This document shows positions 51,611 to 64,000 of a stretch of DNA of 64,000 nt, in pieces. The DNA is from Lama glama (taxonomy: Eukaryota). Each line of letters opens with the position of its first letter. Positions within the stretch are counted from its first letter, which is position 1. The translations under genes were made by a program, and so were the position numbers. The stretch spans positions 84,508,001 to 84,572,000 of the forward strand of contig CM052816.1 of NCBI GenBank assembly GCA_028534125.1, given 5' to 3'. The notes under the pieces were generated by a model. That model ran no database searches and was not told where the DNA came from. It saw only the letters and a program-made list of their open reading frames with translations.

Positions 51611-51954
51611 AATAGCAACAACATAAAAAAAAAAAAACTGCCAAGTAAGTTAGAACGCCATGTGGAAATTTGAAAGTAGGGTTCCAATGGCTTTCAATCT
51701 ACAAGAAGGTACTAAATGAATCAAGGGTGTGGAGATTGAGAACAAGTTTTGTAAGTAAGATCCTTTGCTTTGTTGAAGCACTGGGCTATGTTTCCCAGTC
51801 TATTCAAGGAGATGGGAGTGATCACCACCTTTCTTTCAGATTTAGTGAGTGGGGCTTCAAAGAAGGCCACTAGAAAGATCCACCTACATCCTTCCCAAAA
51901 TTTAGGACATGTCTCTCTCCTGAAATTTGGAAGAACACACTTTGAAGTGGTATT

Positions 51955-52549
51955 TGATACATAGCTGGCATCTTATCAAGAGACAATCTAAAGTTGCCAA
52001 TGATAGTGGAATGCAAGAGGCTTATTATAGGGGCCAGACCATGCACATCTGTGAGAGCTGGCTAAGCAGTCTATGTAATACTGTTATGTCTTGAGATAGT
52101 GTCAGGCCTGGAGAAGAAGGATATCAGAACTGCAATCTGTGAGGATAAAAATCAGTCTTCACCTGTCTCTCATGACTTCTAATTTCTCTGGTGCAGGCGA
52201 CCTACAGGATAAACTGGAGCCCTTCCCTAAAGAACTGTAAATGTACCTGCCCAGGATTTCACTGCTGAAGTGAAACATCCATCAGGTGCTAAAGGAGCTG
52301 CAATTTGAGATGCTGGCCCAAGACAACAAGGGAAGCTTCTAGATCAGGGACAATATACACAAGCTGCAACCACTTCCTGTCTTACCCTAACCTTCACAGC
52401 ATAATGGATGCTACTTCACTCTGTCATTCAAATGTGAAGCAAATGCATTTTGCAGTCAGTCGACCCCAAACCAGAACAGCACACAGGAAATGATAGTTTG
52501 AAAATCTAATTTCAGGTTAGTTAAGTTGATCCCGTACAAAGCCATTGTA
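51955..52549 (-). mobile_element. ERVL-class solo LTR (LTR50-like by recall) carrying an APOA4-derived segment
   Basis: Minus strand begins ...tggctttgtacgggatcaacttaactaacctgaaattagattt; plus strand has ttattataggggccagacc...tgtgagagctggctaagcagtctatgtaatactgtt. Confidence 0.75.
52193..52369 (+). pseudogene. APOA4: Decayed apolipoprotein A-IV coding fragment embedded in the LTR
   Basis: One frame reads AGDLQDKLEPFPKEL*MYLPRISLLK*NIHQVLKELQFEMLAQDNKGSF*IRDNIHKLQ; recalled human APOA4 reads [60 protein letters not shown]; colinear with one codon lost and three stops. Confidence 0.85.
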
Positions 52550-54584
52550 GGGCTGAGTTAGAGAATAAATTTCCTTTTGATGGTTGGTCAGAGTGTATGC
52601 ATCTTGGAGCATTACCACCTTTCTCATTTGCTTTGGTTTTTAGGGAAAACTTTCTAGTAAGAAAAGGAATTACAGAGCTAAAGGGAAACCTACCACACTC
52701 CATTCCCTAAAAGCAGATGAGGAAGTCATTTTTCAAATGCAAAATGATGTCTTAATTACAAGACTGGACACATGAAATTACCAAACTGACACTGTGTGTT
52801 TGAATCTCAATGTGGCCATTATTATCACCTGAGAGTAATGAAAAATTCATGGGACTGTCCAAATTTTTTATTAAGCTGCAGGGAAGTTATTATTCCCACT
52901 TGAAAAAATTTTAGAGGCAATATAAAAACAAAAAAGAAACTTTCTACTTAGATTTTAATAATCATGAACACTTAATACAAACATTTTATACTTTATAAAA
53001 ATCATAGGATGCTATTTATTTATTTTCTAATCTCATCCTTTGATACGTATCCATATACAGTAATTATTTCAGGCTTCCAAATAATTTCAGAATGAAGATT
53101 CAAAACTCAAAATAAAGTACCATTCCTTTCCTTATTTTAATCTTTGCTGTAGAGTCTTCCTCACTTCCTAGTACACTGGAGAGGCCAGAAGAAGGGCTTT
53201 CAAAACCTATAGATTACCTGTTGCTGATAGGGGACTATTTAAAATTCCACCTTTCATTTTAAACCTCCCTACCTGAGGTTATTACTGTATCTGCAAACAG
53301 GGAATTTCAGATAACAATTCTTACATTAAAAGTGATTAAAAAAAAAACAGGATTTACTTTTCTAATAACTGATTTATCAAGAACTGCTAGGAATTTTAAA
53401 AATATTTTAAGTTAATTGAAGATTAATAAAATATCTAAAGCCTTATGCAATTTAAAACACAGACACCTATTTTAAGAACACTGTAAAACATGTCTAATAA
53501 CGTCCTGATATTAGAGGTATTATTTTGGCAATGGAGACTGATTCTAGAATAAAATTACTCAATATTATTTGAAAACTGAACCTGGAGAATTATGCTGTGG
53601 AGGTTCAGCTAATTGGTAGGAAATGTCTTTTTCCCAAATTCACACAGCAAGTTCAAACTGCCCTAATTGTTTTAATCCCCAGATCTCTTTTTCACTGAGA
53701 CCCCACATAGTTTCTCTTCCTCACAGAAGATATTAAAATCTACATTGAAAAACTGTTCACTAGATATTAAAAGGAAACTGTGAATGATGCAATCCTGTCT
53801 TCATTAATACGATATCCTTTGTAACTGTTTAGAAGTACTAGTTTATCCCACTCTTTTAAAAGTTGAAATCTTTACTCTGCTTAATTTTGTACCCATTCTT
53901 TTACTGGATAATTCACCTACGATAACCCAAGGATTTGGGTTGCCAAATACAATTCAGTGTGAATAGTAGATTTTACCCAGCACCAAATTCCTATAATGAT
54001 TCAAGAAATCAACGGATTTCTTGCAGACTCTACAAGCAAATATCACTTGAAGATGAAATTTTTTTCCCTTTTTTGGAGAATTCTAAGCTCATCAAACAAA
54101 AGTCCATAAATGCACTTTTCTTCTACAATAGAACGCATTGAGTTTTGGGTTTATCTGACAAGTTTTTCTCCATCAAAATATGGGGGATCAATAGGGAGCC
54201 ATTTCAGTTATAAAGCATCTGTGCTTAATAACCCATTTGTTAAGAGTTTTATGACTAGCTCCCATGACTAGCTATGTCCCCTGTAATTCCAATTTTACAT
54301 ATATTGAAATGAGCAAGCTTGGTAGAATTTGTGTATCTTGCTAAAAACATTTTAAAGATAAGAAGGTTCCACTCCTTAATACCACTAATAGGTTTACCAG
54401 AAGGTCTAGTTATTAGCAGGTTTTCAAGGATATTTGATAAAGATCTGTCATTTTTCCAAGGAATTCTATGGGGCAAATATTTGTCATCTCTATGCTTAAA
54501 TGAAAATTTGATGATCTCTTGAAAATCTTTTACATGAGTATCAGGCATGCTTAAATGTAGTCCTTCCATGGACAGTACTTGCTT

Positions 54585-55685
54585 GTTTGTTTTACTGTGG
54601 TAAAATATACATAAGGTAAAATTTACCATTTTAATCATTTTAAGTGTACAGTTCAGTGGCATTAAGTATATTCACATTGTTTTACAGCTATTACTGCCAT
54701 CCACCCCCAGAACTCTTTTCATCTTGCAAAGCTGAAACTCTGTTTTCGTTAAGCAATAACTCCCCAATGCCCCTCCCACCCCTACTCCCAGCCTCTGGCA
54801 ACTCCAAGATTCCACTTTCTGTCTCTATAAGTTTGTCTATTCTAGGTACCTCCAATAAGTGGAATCATACAATATTACCCTTTCATGTCTAGCTTACTAC
54901 TTAGCATTTTGTCCTCAACATTCATCTATGTTGTAGCATGTGTCAGAACTGCATTTTTTTTAAGAATGAATAATGTTTATTGTATGTATATACCATATTT
55001 TGTTTATTTATTCATACGTCTCTGGACATTTGGGCTGCTTCCACCTTTTGACTATTTTGAATAATGCTGCTGTGAATTTAGGTGTACACATATCTGTTCC
55101 AGTCCCTGCTTTCAATTCTTATGAGTATATACTCAGGAATGGAACTGATGAATCATGTGGAGATTTTTATATTTAATTTATTTTGAGGAGCCATCATACT
55201 ATTTTCTACAGTGGCTGCACCACTTTGTATTCCCACTAGTGGTGCACAGGTTCCAATTTCTCCGCATTCCTGCCAACATCCATTAGTTTCTTTTTTTTTT
55301 CCTTGATAATTGCCATCCTAATGGATGTGAAGTGGTATCTCCATGAGGTTTTGATTTATAATTTCCTAAGATTAGTGATGTTGAGCATTTATTCATGTGC
55401 CTTTTGGCCATTCGTATATCTTCTTTGGAAGAATGTCCTATTCAAGTCCTTATACATTTTTTTCAGGTTTTTTTTTTTATTATTGACCTGTAGGAGTTCT
55501 TTATATATTCTTGACATAAACTCATCATCAGATAGATGATTTGTGTTTCTCCAATATGCTGCCTTTTTCTTTGATGCACAGGTTTTAATTTTGATGTATT
55601 TTAATTTCTCTATTGCTTCTTTTGTTGCCTATGTTTTTTATGTTACATCCAAGAAGCCACTGCCAAATCCAATGCCTTGAAGCTT
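54585..55685 (-). mobile_element. L1MB-like 3' end (~1.1 kb)
   Basis: tgtggtaaaatatacataaggtaaaatttaccattttaatcattttaagtgtacagttcagtggcattaagtatattcacattgt...ggacatttgggctgcttccacc...gccatcctaatggatgtgaagtggtatct. Confidence 0.95.
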
Positions 55686-56099
55686 TTAGACCACATTTTG
55701 GATAAACTGCCAAGGAGTAACACATTCAATTGTTTTTCAATGTTACTTCATTTATGTAAGTCATTAACTTTTTAGATTAGAATTGTTAATGAGAAAATGT
55801 CAATGTTGTTTTATATATATATGATCCTAATATCATCAGGACAGGCAATATTAATAATAATAGGTTCTTGTTAGATTGCTTTAAAAGGTGTTACATGGTA
55901 ATATAGGATGCATCCTTCATTTTCTTCAACAAACCTACATTTGTTTAGCATAGTTCTAAATGATTTGCTATCACTAGAACTATGGCTCTAAATTATTTGT
56001 GAAATTCACATATGTTATGGCTTCACTGCCTTGAACAGGAATTAACTTAAATAAAATGTAATTATACAAACCTAATTGGACTGATGTTCTACATTTTGC

Positions 56100-56440
56100 C
56101 ATTACTCCTCAAAACTGTCAAGGTCGTGAAAAAAGTCTGAGAACCTGTCATATACAAGATTAGGCCAAGGAAACATAACAATTAAATGTAACATGATATT
56201 CTGGAATGGAATCTTGGAACAGAAAAAGGACAACTGTGGAGAAAATAGTGAAATCCAAATGGAGTCTGAATTTCTGTCAATAGTAATATATACCAAAGTT
56301 GGTTTCTTTGTTGTTGTGTGCCATGATGATGTTAGATGTCAAAACAGGGAAATAGATGAGGGGTATATGGGAGCTCTCTATCATCTTTGCAACTTTTCCG
56401 TAAATCTAAGCTATACTAAAATAAAAGGTTTATCTTTAAA
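56100..56440 (+). mobile_element. L1MC/L1MD-like 3' end
   Basis: actcctcaaaactgtcaaggtcgtgaaa...gaatcttggaacagaaaaaggaca...ctttgcaacttttccgtaaatctaa...aaaataaaag. Confidence 0.85.
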
Positions 56441-58365
56441 AACTGTGTATACATACTTATGTTTATGTATAGATAATCCTAAAAAGATGAAATATTTTAA
56501 ACTCAAACTATTATTAATTTTGGCAGAAGTTTCCTCACTATTGTCTGTTTTAAAATGTCAGTCCATATAACTATGGACTGATCAGCTTGATACAGAGTAT
56601 ATGAATGGTTTAACTTACAGAATATATAAGCAATATTGTTCAAAGCTAGACATACTAATATATTATTGAAAATTCGTTTTGAAAGAAGAACATTTAGACT
56701 GAAGATTAACTTGAGTCTTTTTTATTCTTACATTAAGTATAAAATGACTGGGGCTCTGCAATATAAAGGGAAATTTTTGTGGCTTCCATGGCTGAACGCT
56801 TGCTTGCTCAAGCAGATCAGAGCAATATATTCTGAGACATCTTTTGAGCAGAGGAAGAATTCACTCCCTTACAGGCACACGCATCTGTTAAACAACTGAA
56901 TTTTCACAGAATGCTATCAATTCCACCTTCAACAGTTTCAGTTTTATAATTCATCCAAGGATTTTTAACTGTCTTCAAGTAATAATACCTTCAATGTCTT
57001 CAAGTAGGTTCACCACGCCCAGCAGCTAACTATGGATCATTTCCTAAAGCAAATACTGATCAATCAAACTCTAATAAGTAAACTCAGGATATACACTATA
57101 CCATACCAGAATTTGCATAACAAAACAAAGGAATAAGAGTATCTAGAACTACATTAAAAATAGAAGAATGCAGCTGTTGCTGAAACTTCAGTGCTGGGGG
57201 GTGGGGGGAAATGCTATTCAAAAAGGAAAAACTGAGTGGCATACAATTTCCCATCACTGGTATATATACTTAGTCTGCTGCTGGCCTATGTCAGACCAGC
57301 AGAGAAATACTTCTGCAGGATGATTTAATTGTACACCTCACCGCTATACATGCACATTCCCTCCCTCTCAGGTACCCTTTTTATCTGAATGCATTAGATG
57401 TAGTATTAGCAATGAAAGTAACCACTAGGTATAAAGTAACCACTGCATACTTCACAAGAATGCTGTTGAAGATATTTTTAGTTTTATCAGTCAGTATATT
57501 GTTTATAAATAGTTGTATTTTTGTAGTGTCTCTGTACTTAATAGATATTACAATTGTGTAGCTAACCAGATTTTTTGTTGTTGTTGTTTTGCAGCAACAT
57601 AGCATAAAGCTCAATTTTAGCAATTCAGTAAAATCATACTCCTCGCATTTTAATTTTCTTCCAATCTCTATATCTCAGCTTTGTCTTTTTAAATTATTGC
57701 TTCTCAGTTTTAATTTTTGTTATCTTCTGTTGTGTTTATTTTCCTGCTTAGGAATAACCCTAGGCTCAGTCTGAATTTTTTTTAAGGGAAATGCAGATTT
57801 TTAATTAAGCTTAAACAATGTATACTCTAGAGTTCAACATTATCCCTGCTGGTGAAAGCAAGTTTTTCCACACAGTTGCTACAAGGCTGTTATTTAAATA
57901 AATCGAGAAAGCTTTAGAGGTTGAATAGAATTATTTAAGGTACAAAAATCACACAAAGCTGTTAAAGTTGTTCTTTTTCAAGGTGGCATTTTTTAACCCT
58001 TGAATAAGCGGTTACAATTTTAAGGCTTTCAAAGCAGATGGAGTCTAATAAATTTAAATATTACCTCCTAATCTAGAGGCAAATTTTTGAAGTGTAGGAT
58101 GAAAACAGAACTATCTTTCCTTTGATAAACTTTGGCCCTAGAGTTAGTATAAATCTAGCCAGCTAGAGCAAGAGATAGGAGCTTCTTAAACGCAGAAATC
58201 TTGGCTCTGATAGAACTGAGCTTTTAATAATTTGATCAAAAATGTCTGGCCTTAGAGTGTAATTATTTTTGTTGTTGTTGTTGTTGTTTGCGTGCATGTT
58301 GTATGTGTTTATTCTGAGGTTGGTATTGAAGAGAACAGCTAGATATTTTCGAAAATCCTTAGGAC

Positions 58366-58849
58366 TGAGATCAGGAGGGAAGGGGACAGGGCACAACCAC
58401 TGAAGGAATGAAACAGCAGTTGCGGACAGGACATAAACTGGTTAAAAACAACTCGGCCAAAGACGGCAGAAGATTTGACTTCCAGTGGACCTTAAGCCTC
58501 ATTATAGGCTCAGTGTAATACATTATCATGTAAATGGCACACCCATAGGCCCATGACAGTTTCCTGGCTGACCATTAAAGGCCAAGAAGTGGGTAGGGGC
58601 CCAATTCCTGGAAATCCCTGCCCCTTCCCCAAAGTAGTTGAAATAATCCTCCTACTCGTTAGCATATGAAATTATCCAGACCATAAGAACGAATCACCCC
58701 ACACCTCAGAGCCACCTCTCTTGCCTTCTAAGACAGCCTGCATTCTTTCTACGAAATGTGTGTCTCCCTGAATAAACCTGCTATCACTCTACTATGGCTC
58801 ACCCTTGAATTGTTTTCTGGACTAGACAAAAACCTATTCTCCAGCAACA
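58366..58849 (+). mobile_element. ERV1 MER41-like solo LTR
   Basis: TG...CA ends with 4-bp flanks ggac/ggat; ggacataaactggtt, cattatcatgtaaatggcacacccataggcccatgacagtt, aataatcctcc...ttagcatat, aataaacctgct...ccttgaatt are MER41-family hallmarks as recalled. Confidence 0.8.
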
Positions 58850-60569
58850 GGATGATCTAAAACTCTGCAAGGGCAGATACGGTATTTTACCAGAGTTCTA
58901 TGTTCTAATGCACTACTTCTTAATGTCAGAAAGGATTCACTTCAGATTACCCATTTCTATTGTTGTGTCTTGCGCAGTGAGGGGGGAAATTTTTAGATTT
59001 TCATTTTCTTAATCCTTGGACTTTTTATCTTTCAAAGGTCTTTGTTATTTATGTTGGCCCTATAAATCTTTCTATGACATATTAATTTACTAAATACTCA
59101 AAACGAATGAAATGCCCTAACCTAGCACATTGAAGGGAACTGAAGGAGTTTATACTTCATTAAATCTTCTCACTAAATACTTACGTGTCTGACACATGCA
59201 TAATTTAAAATAAAAGAATATTAATGTTAGCCACAAAGACTACATATTCTGAGACAATCTGGAAAAGTGACTTTTCTAGATCATTTTGTCTATGATTCTT
59301 GGCAATTCACTTAAAATTCATTCTAGATAAAAAAAAATTTGCTATAATTCAGAAATCATAACTAATGTAGATTAGATTAGTTAGAAAAGTCTTCATGGAT
59401 AGAAGCGTCCAGTCTGGTTCTAGTAAGATATCCTTTGCATACTTGAAAAAAAAAAAGTAGACTAACTTTTTTTTATAACTATACTATCATGAGCAAAAAG
59501 ATTTTAAAGAAAATGTGGACATTATGGGAGATACTAAGTAAACTGCCTGATTAGCATAGAAGGTAACAGGTATGTGAGCTAACTAAACATAAAACTTCAC
59601 CCTAATAGACGTTGCATGAAAAGTTCATAACACTTACTACCTAGATTTTGACCCCAGGCTCCTCTCAGCCCTTCAGAATACATGTCAATATAAAAGGAGC
59701 ATGAATATTAACTTCATATAGATTCTTTCCGGCCAGTTGACACACAGCAAGAATATCATTAACCATTCTCTCCTGAGAAGCACAGTATTTAACTATTCAT
59801 GCTATACTCAATGTAAAATGTCAGGGCTGGGGAGAATACAAATATACAAAAATTTGATTGAAGACGTATTCAATTTCTTTTTGGTGATTTAATCTGCTCT
59901 CATTTTGCTTGGCTATTTTCCTTCTGCAGATCCCTGAGAGAAACAGGTGATAATAGTTCCGAGTAAGAATTTGCAGTAATTATCAAAGTGAAAACTTGGA
60001 TGATCTCTCTCCCAAATTGTCCTGGTTTCTTCCTTCCTACTAACAGTGAGCTGGGTATAAGTTTCTTCAGATTGCTATTTTATCTGCCAAAAGTTATTTT
60101 TTTCTTACCTATTTATTCTGTATTCCTCTTAGGAAACCCAGTGGGACATAATTGGCCTCCAACATTCAGTAGTTCTTTAGTCTCAGAATATGCAATATGA
60201 ACAGTCTTTTGTCTTCCTATTTGAAGTTTAGCCTCAACTCTGGAAAAAATAGGAATAACCCATTCAGTAGTCTATAATAATAAACACATGGGAGATGAAA
60301 TGCAGAAGTTTAAATGCAATGATTGTAACAAACGCATTCTGCTATTTTTTGCGAAAACACTGAGTTGTGAAAATCACTTGGAATATTTTCTGAAATAATA
60401 CCCTACAATAATAAACACTGTTCTATGGACATACAAGCTCTTAATCTAAAACAGAAGGTCTTACACTTCTCTTTTATAGTTCTTAAAATAATTGAAATTA
60501 GATAAAGATTTGTGCATTTGTTTTCTTAGGATATGTCTCATCTAATAAGTTATGAAATTAGATATTAAG

Positions 60570-61500
60570 TATCATTTGTTCACTGCTCTGTCATGAAAAT
60601 AAATACAAAGGCTCACCTTAGGCATGACAAGGACCTGTCAAATTCAAGAATAAAGGAGTGAATGAATGAATGATTTGCCATCACATAGCTTAGAGTCTGG
60701 TGCAGGAAGTAGATGAATGACCAGACAAGCAATGATTTTGTGTCACACATGTACAGACTTAGAAAATAGGGGGTTCTATGGGAGTAGAAGGGAGAGACAG
60801 CTAATGCACGCCAATAGATTAAAGAGTACTGTTATTAGTAATACAGATGAAAGAAGAGCTTGCTTGTGAGGATAAGTGTATTCCAGCTCAGAGGAGATCT
60901 TTGCAAAAGCCCTTACGTGAGCTCATTTAAAGTATTTTCTAGGAACTGAGCATTGACAAAGAGAGTCAAAAGGGGACGTTATTAAAAAATAAACAGGACA
61001 GGATAAATAGGACATCGAGGCAACTTTCTATACAGTCTTGTTTTCACCAGCTTATTGAATTTATGTTGATATTGCTTGGAAGTGATTAGAGGTTTAGAGG
61101 AAAGCCAGAGGAACATGATGCTATGTTAAAAGATGGGGTTTGGAGGACTTCTAAGAGGTGAATTAAGGTAAAGACTCACAATAATCATTCCATATATATC
61201 CAAAGGCTTTTAATGGCCTTGAAAATAATTTTCCAGTGTCAGAATTATGTGTGGTTAAGAAGTCCACATTTATATGGTAGTGAGTAGAGGACAAGTAAGT
61301 GGGAAAGTAAGTGAAGGCAGTAGCCATGTGTGCATTTGTAATAAAGTTTTAGTGGGAGGAAAATGAAATAATAGACAGTGGATGGAGGCAAACCCAGGAC
61401 CAAGGAGAACTATACTGTTTTTCCATTAGTTGGTCTTACATAAGAGACATGAATTGTGCAATTTAAAAAAATATTAGGAGTCCTTCGAGGTAGTGGAACT
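60570..61500 (-). mobile_element. L2 remnant
   Basis: ccatcacatagcttagagtctggtgcaggaagtaga...tattccagctcagaggagatctttgcaaaagccctt; probably continues towards ~62700. Confidence 0.6.
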
Positions 61501-62869
61501 GAACATAAAACAGAGAAATAAAGGCAGTTAGGAGCATGATCCATTTAACAGTTATGTACATTAGACTGAGAAGAGCCACCCCAAAATTGGGAAAATGGTA
61601 CAAGTGAAAAAAAAAAAACTGATAGGTTAGCTGGTAAGTAGGCGAGTTGGTAGGAACAATGAGTATGCAAATGTGTAGTCTGTGCTGCTTTTATATGGCT
61701 TCTATTTTTGTTTGGAGGTAGAATGGAAAGTTGGAGGTAGATGGGGCAGGGAGGCTTCGGGGGACAGGAGATGCGCACCAACCTGCAAGGAGCACAGGAC
61801 AGATGGGTAAATGGGGAGGTCGAAGTTTTGCTTGTTAGTTTTTAGACTTTTGGTGGGGTTTGAGAACGTGGATGAAAGATTTTCTCTAAAAATTATTTGC
61901 ATCTTGGACATAGTGAAGGGAAAAGTGAGTTGATTTATTATGGGAATTTTGCCAGCAATGTGGAAAAATGGTGGTGCAAGTTAGCTGCAAGAAAGAGGTT
62001 GACTGGAGCTCCGCTGGGAGAAAATTCCCTAGAGGGAAACATAACTGTCAGTGGAAATTAGACTATTTCCATAAAATTAAAAATTGATGAAGTGGGCCAA
62101 AAGAGAGAGGGCTGAGTGGGTGTGATATTTTTGTGAAAGAGTATAAGTAGTTAAATTTAGTGCCTCTGAGGACAAATGTTTTGAGTCATCACTAATGTCA
62201 AAAGGAATGGGGTTAAATATCCATAAAACAACACCGACTAGTGAGTTAGATGTATTGGCTGTGTGGCTGCTAAAATGACCAGAGTCTGAGATAGGGACTA
62301 AGATGGTATCATGGGCAGTCTTTTAAAACCCCAGGTGTACAGCGAAAGAGCAGTGGTAGTTCAGCTAATGTTAGAGAAAGTATAACCCACTATGGAAGTG
62401 AGAGTTCAGAAATGTTTGAGGAAGGAAAATTTTGGTTTGGTCAGTGAACAAGGGATACAAGGCATGAGGCCTGGTGAGGACATGCTGTTCTGTCAAGTGT
62501 GGTAGTCTCAGTGGAGCTCTGCTGGTGGTGGCCTCATGTTTTGGGGTTTTAAAATTTAGCACCCAGAAAGAGAACCCTGTGATGTTTAGATGTTTATTCT
62601 GTATCTATGGCTCTAGTCTCAAGCAGAGAGAATAATAACCAACTTTTTGTTTTCCATCTGTTCAGACAATACTGGGGAGACTGTGCCCTTAAAAAGCAAT
62701 GTTCTCTTAAAATAGGTTGACACTGCACCAGCTCATTCAAATTTATATATATATATGTATATAACAAGAACAACTATAAACTTTGTACTTTATAAAGGAA
62801 TCAGTAATTAAACATTTACCTTGGGCACAATACTAAAGAAAAATGCTGACAGCCTTGGATGTGCCAGTC

Positions 62870-63045
62870 TTTCATTTATTGCTAATACTGAAATCACATA
62901 ACAATATAATGAGGTTCTTGTTAGTGTTCGCTTTTTATGAATGAGGAAACAGAGATGATTACTCAAACTTCCAGTAATATGTTAGGGATCAGAATTTGAA
63001 CCAGAACAATCTGGCTCTTACTGACAGCCTCCTAGTGTTCTTAAG
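62870..63045 (-). mobile_element. MIR SINE
   Basis: ctttttatgaatgaggaaacagaga...gggatcagaatttgaaccagaacaatctggctc. Confidence 0.75.
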
Positions 63046-63214
63046 TTGCCTTTCAAAAAATTAGAGGAAATGAAAAGATGAAACAGACAGTATTCTTGCT
63101 TTCATGGAGTTCACAATTCAGTTTGGGCTGACAGTACACATTAAAATATAGAGTATGGTTTTTATTCTGATAAATATTGCATGAAGGCATAAAGTTTCTA
63201 CGTATATTTCAAAG

Positions 63215-63430
63215 CGACAGCAGAGTGTAATGGAAATATCTTAAAACTGAGACTCAGAGTACTGGCTAATCAACCAAGTAGCTCTGGGACCTTCGACAGG
63301 TTACTTACGTGTTCACATAGAAAGGAATATATAATTCATGCTTTGAAAAAGTATTGTAAAGACTGTAAAATAATGGGTGTAAAACCTTTATTTTAGTATC
63401 TGGAAACAATAAGCATTAAATGACAGTTCA
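63215..63430 (+). mobile_element. MIR SINE
   Basis: cagcagagtgtaatggaaa...agtagctctgggaccttcgacaggttactta...ttgtaaagactgtaaaataatgggtgtaaaac. Confidence 0.7.
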
Positions 63431-64000
63431 CATTAATGGCAATTAAAGACTACTATGAATTGTAATTTTTAAATAAACACATTTCTTATCATACCAGCAC
63501 ATATATTAACTGACAATAGTAGGAACATCATACAAATTTTTTTTGAAATGTTTCATTATTTCAGAATTTATCTAAGTGCCCTACCCCTCCTTCACTTCCA
63601 TTAATCTTATGTATAATTAAAATTTAATGAAATCTGTCTTCACTATTTGATTGTAAGTCTACTATTCTATAAATATCAACTGAATCACACTGCTTTACGT
63701 AAGGCAAACTTCATATAAAATTCAAATCACCCTTTGGAAGTCCTAAGACAATATATATAACTCTTAATGTCAAAAACTAATGATATAAATTGGTTTAAAT
63801 GGTGATTAACATTTGTGTCAATTTGTTAGCTCCAACTCTCAAGAAGGCGACTAACTTTTACTATATGGAGACATATCTTGCACATAAATGGACTATATCC
63901 ATATAAATTTGGCAGTATGCATTCAAAGCATTCCACATGCCTTGGATGGTGAGGGAAAGTCAAATGGAAATAGTCATAGTCAAACTTAGTTTATAAATTG

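Noticed and set aside
57337..57470. Minus-strand exon-like segment with acceptor tcttcaacag and donor gtgagg
   Set aside because: Stops in all three frames; it contains only a small aaagtaaccact duplication.
1..64000. Prokaryotic or viral system (operon, CRISPR, defence island)
   Set aside because: The sequence is mammalian non-coding DNA with no dense ORFs and no repeat-spacer arrays.

Overview
This is AT-rich, CpG-poor eutherian genomic DNA from a large intron or a gene desert, with one 100-N assembly gap (21083-21182). I found no recognisable intact protein-coding gene, rRNA, tRNA or CRISPR array. The supplied ORFs are chance frames or decayed LINE-1/ERV remnants. Much of the window is ancient repeat: MIR, L2, L1M, MaLR MLT1 LTRs, ERVL LTR16/LTR33, and the hAT elements MER20, MER63 and a MER113-like copy. 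Younger elements are a Cetartiodactyla-type L1 pair nested in a MER34-like LTR and a MER41-like solo LTR. That L1 type, with no ruminant, pig or CHR SINEs seen, suggests a camelid-like host (inference). The most notable signal is a ~180-bp decayed apolipoprotein A-IV (APOA4) coding fragment inside an ERVL-class LTR (52193-52369), i.e. host-gene capture by a retroelement; I recall it as a feature of the family consensus, so it may not be new. Other signals are a STAT/GAS motif in the MER41-like LTR, a repeat-free block with a duplicated MEIS-HOX13-type motif (43700-45250), several nested insertions with target-site duplications, and a few frame-preserving microexon candidates I cannot assign to a gene. 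Repeat names come from recalled consensus sequences, and boundaries are approximate unless a TSD is quoted.
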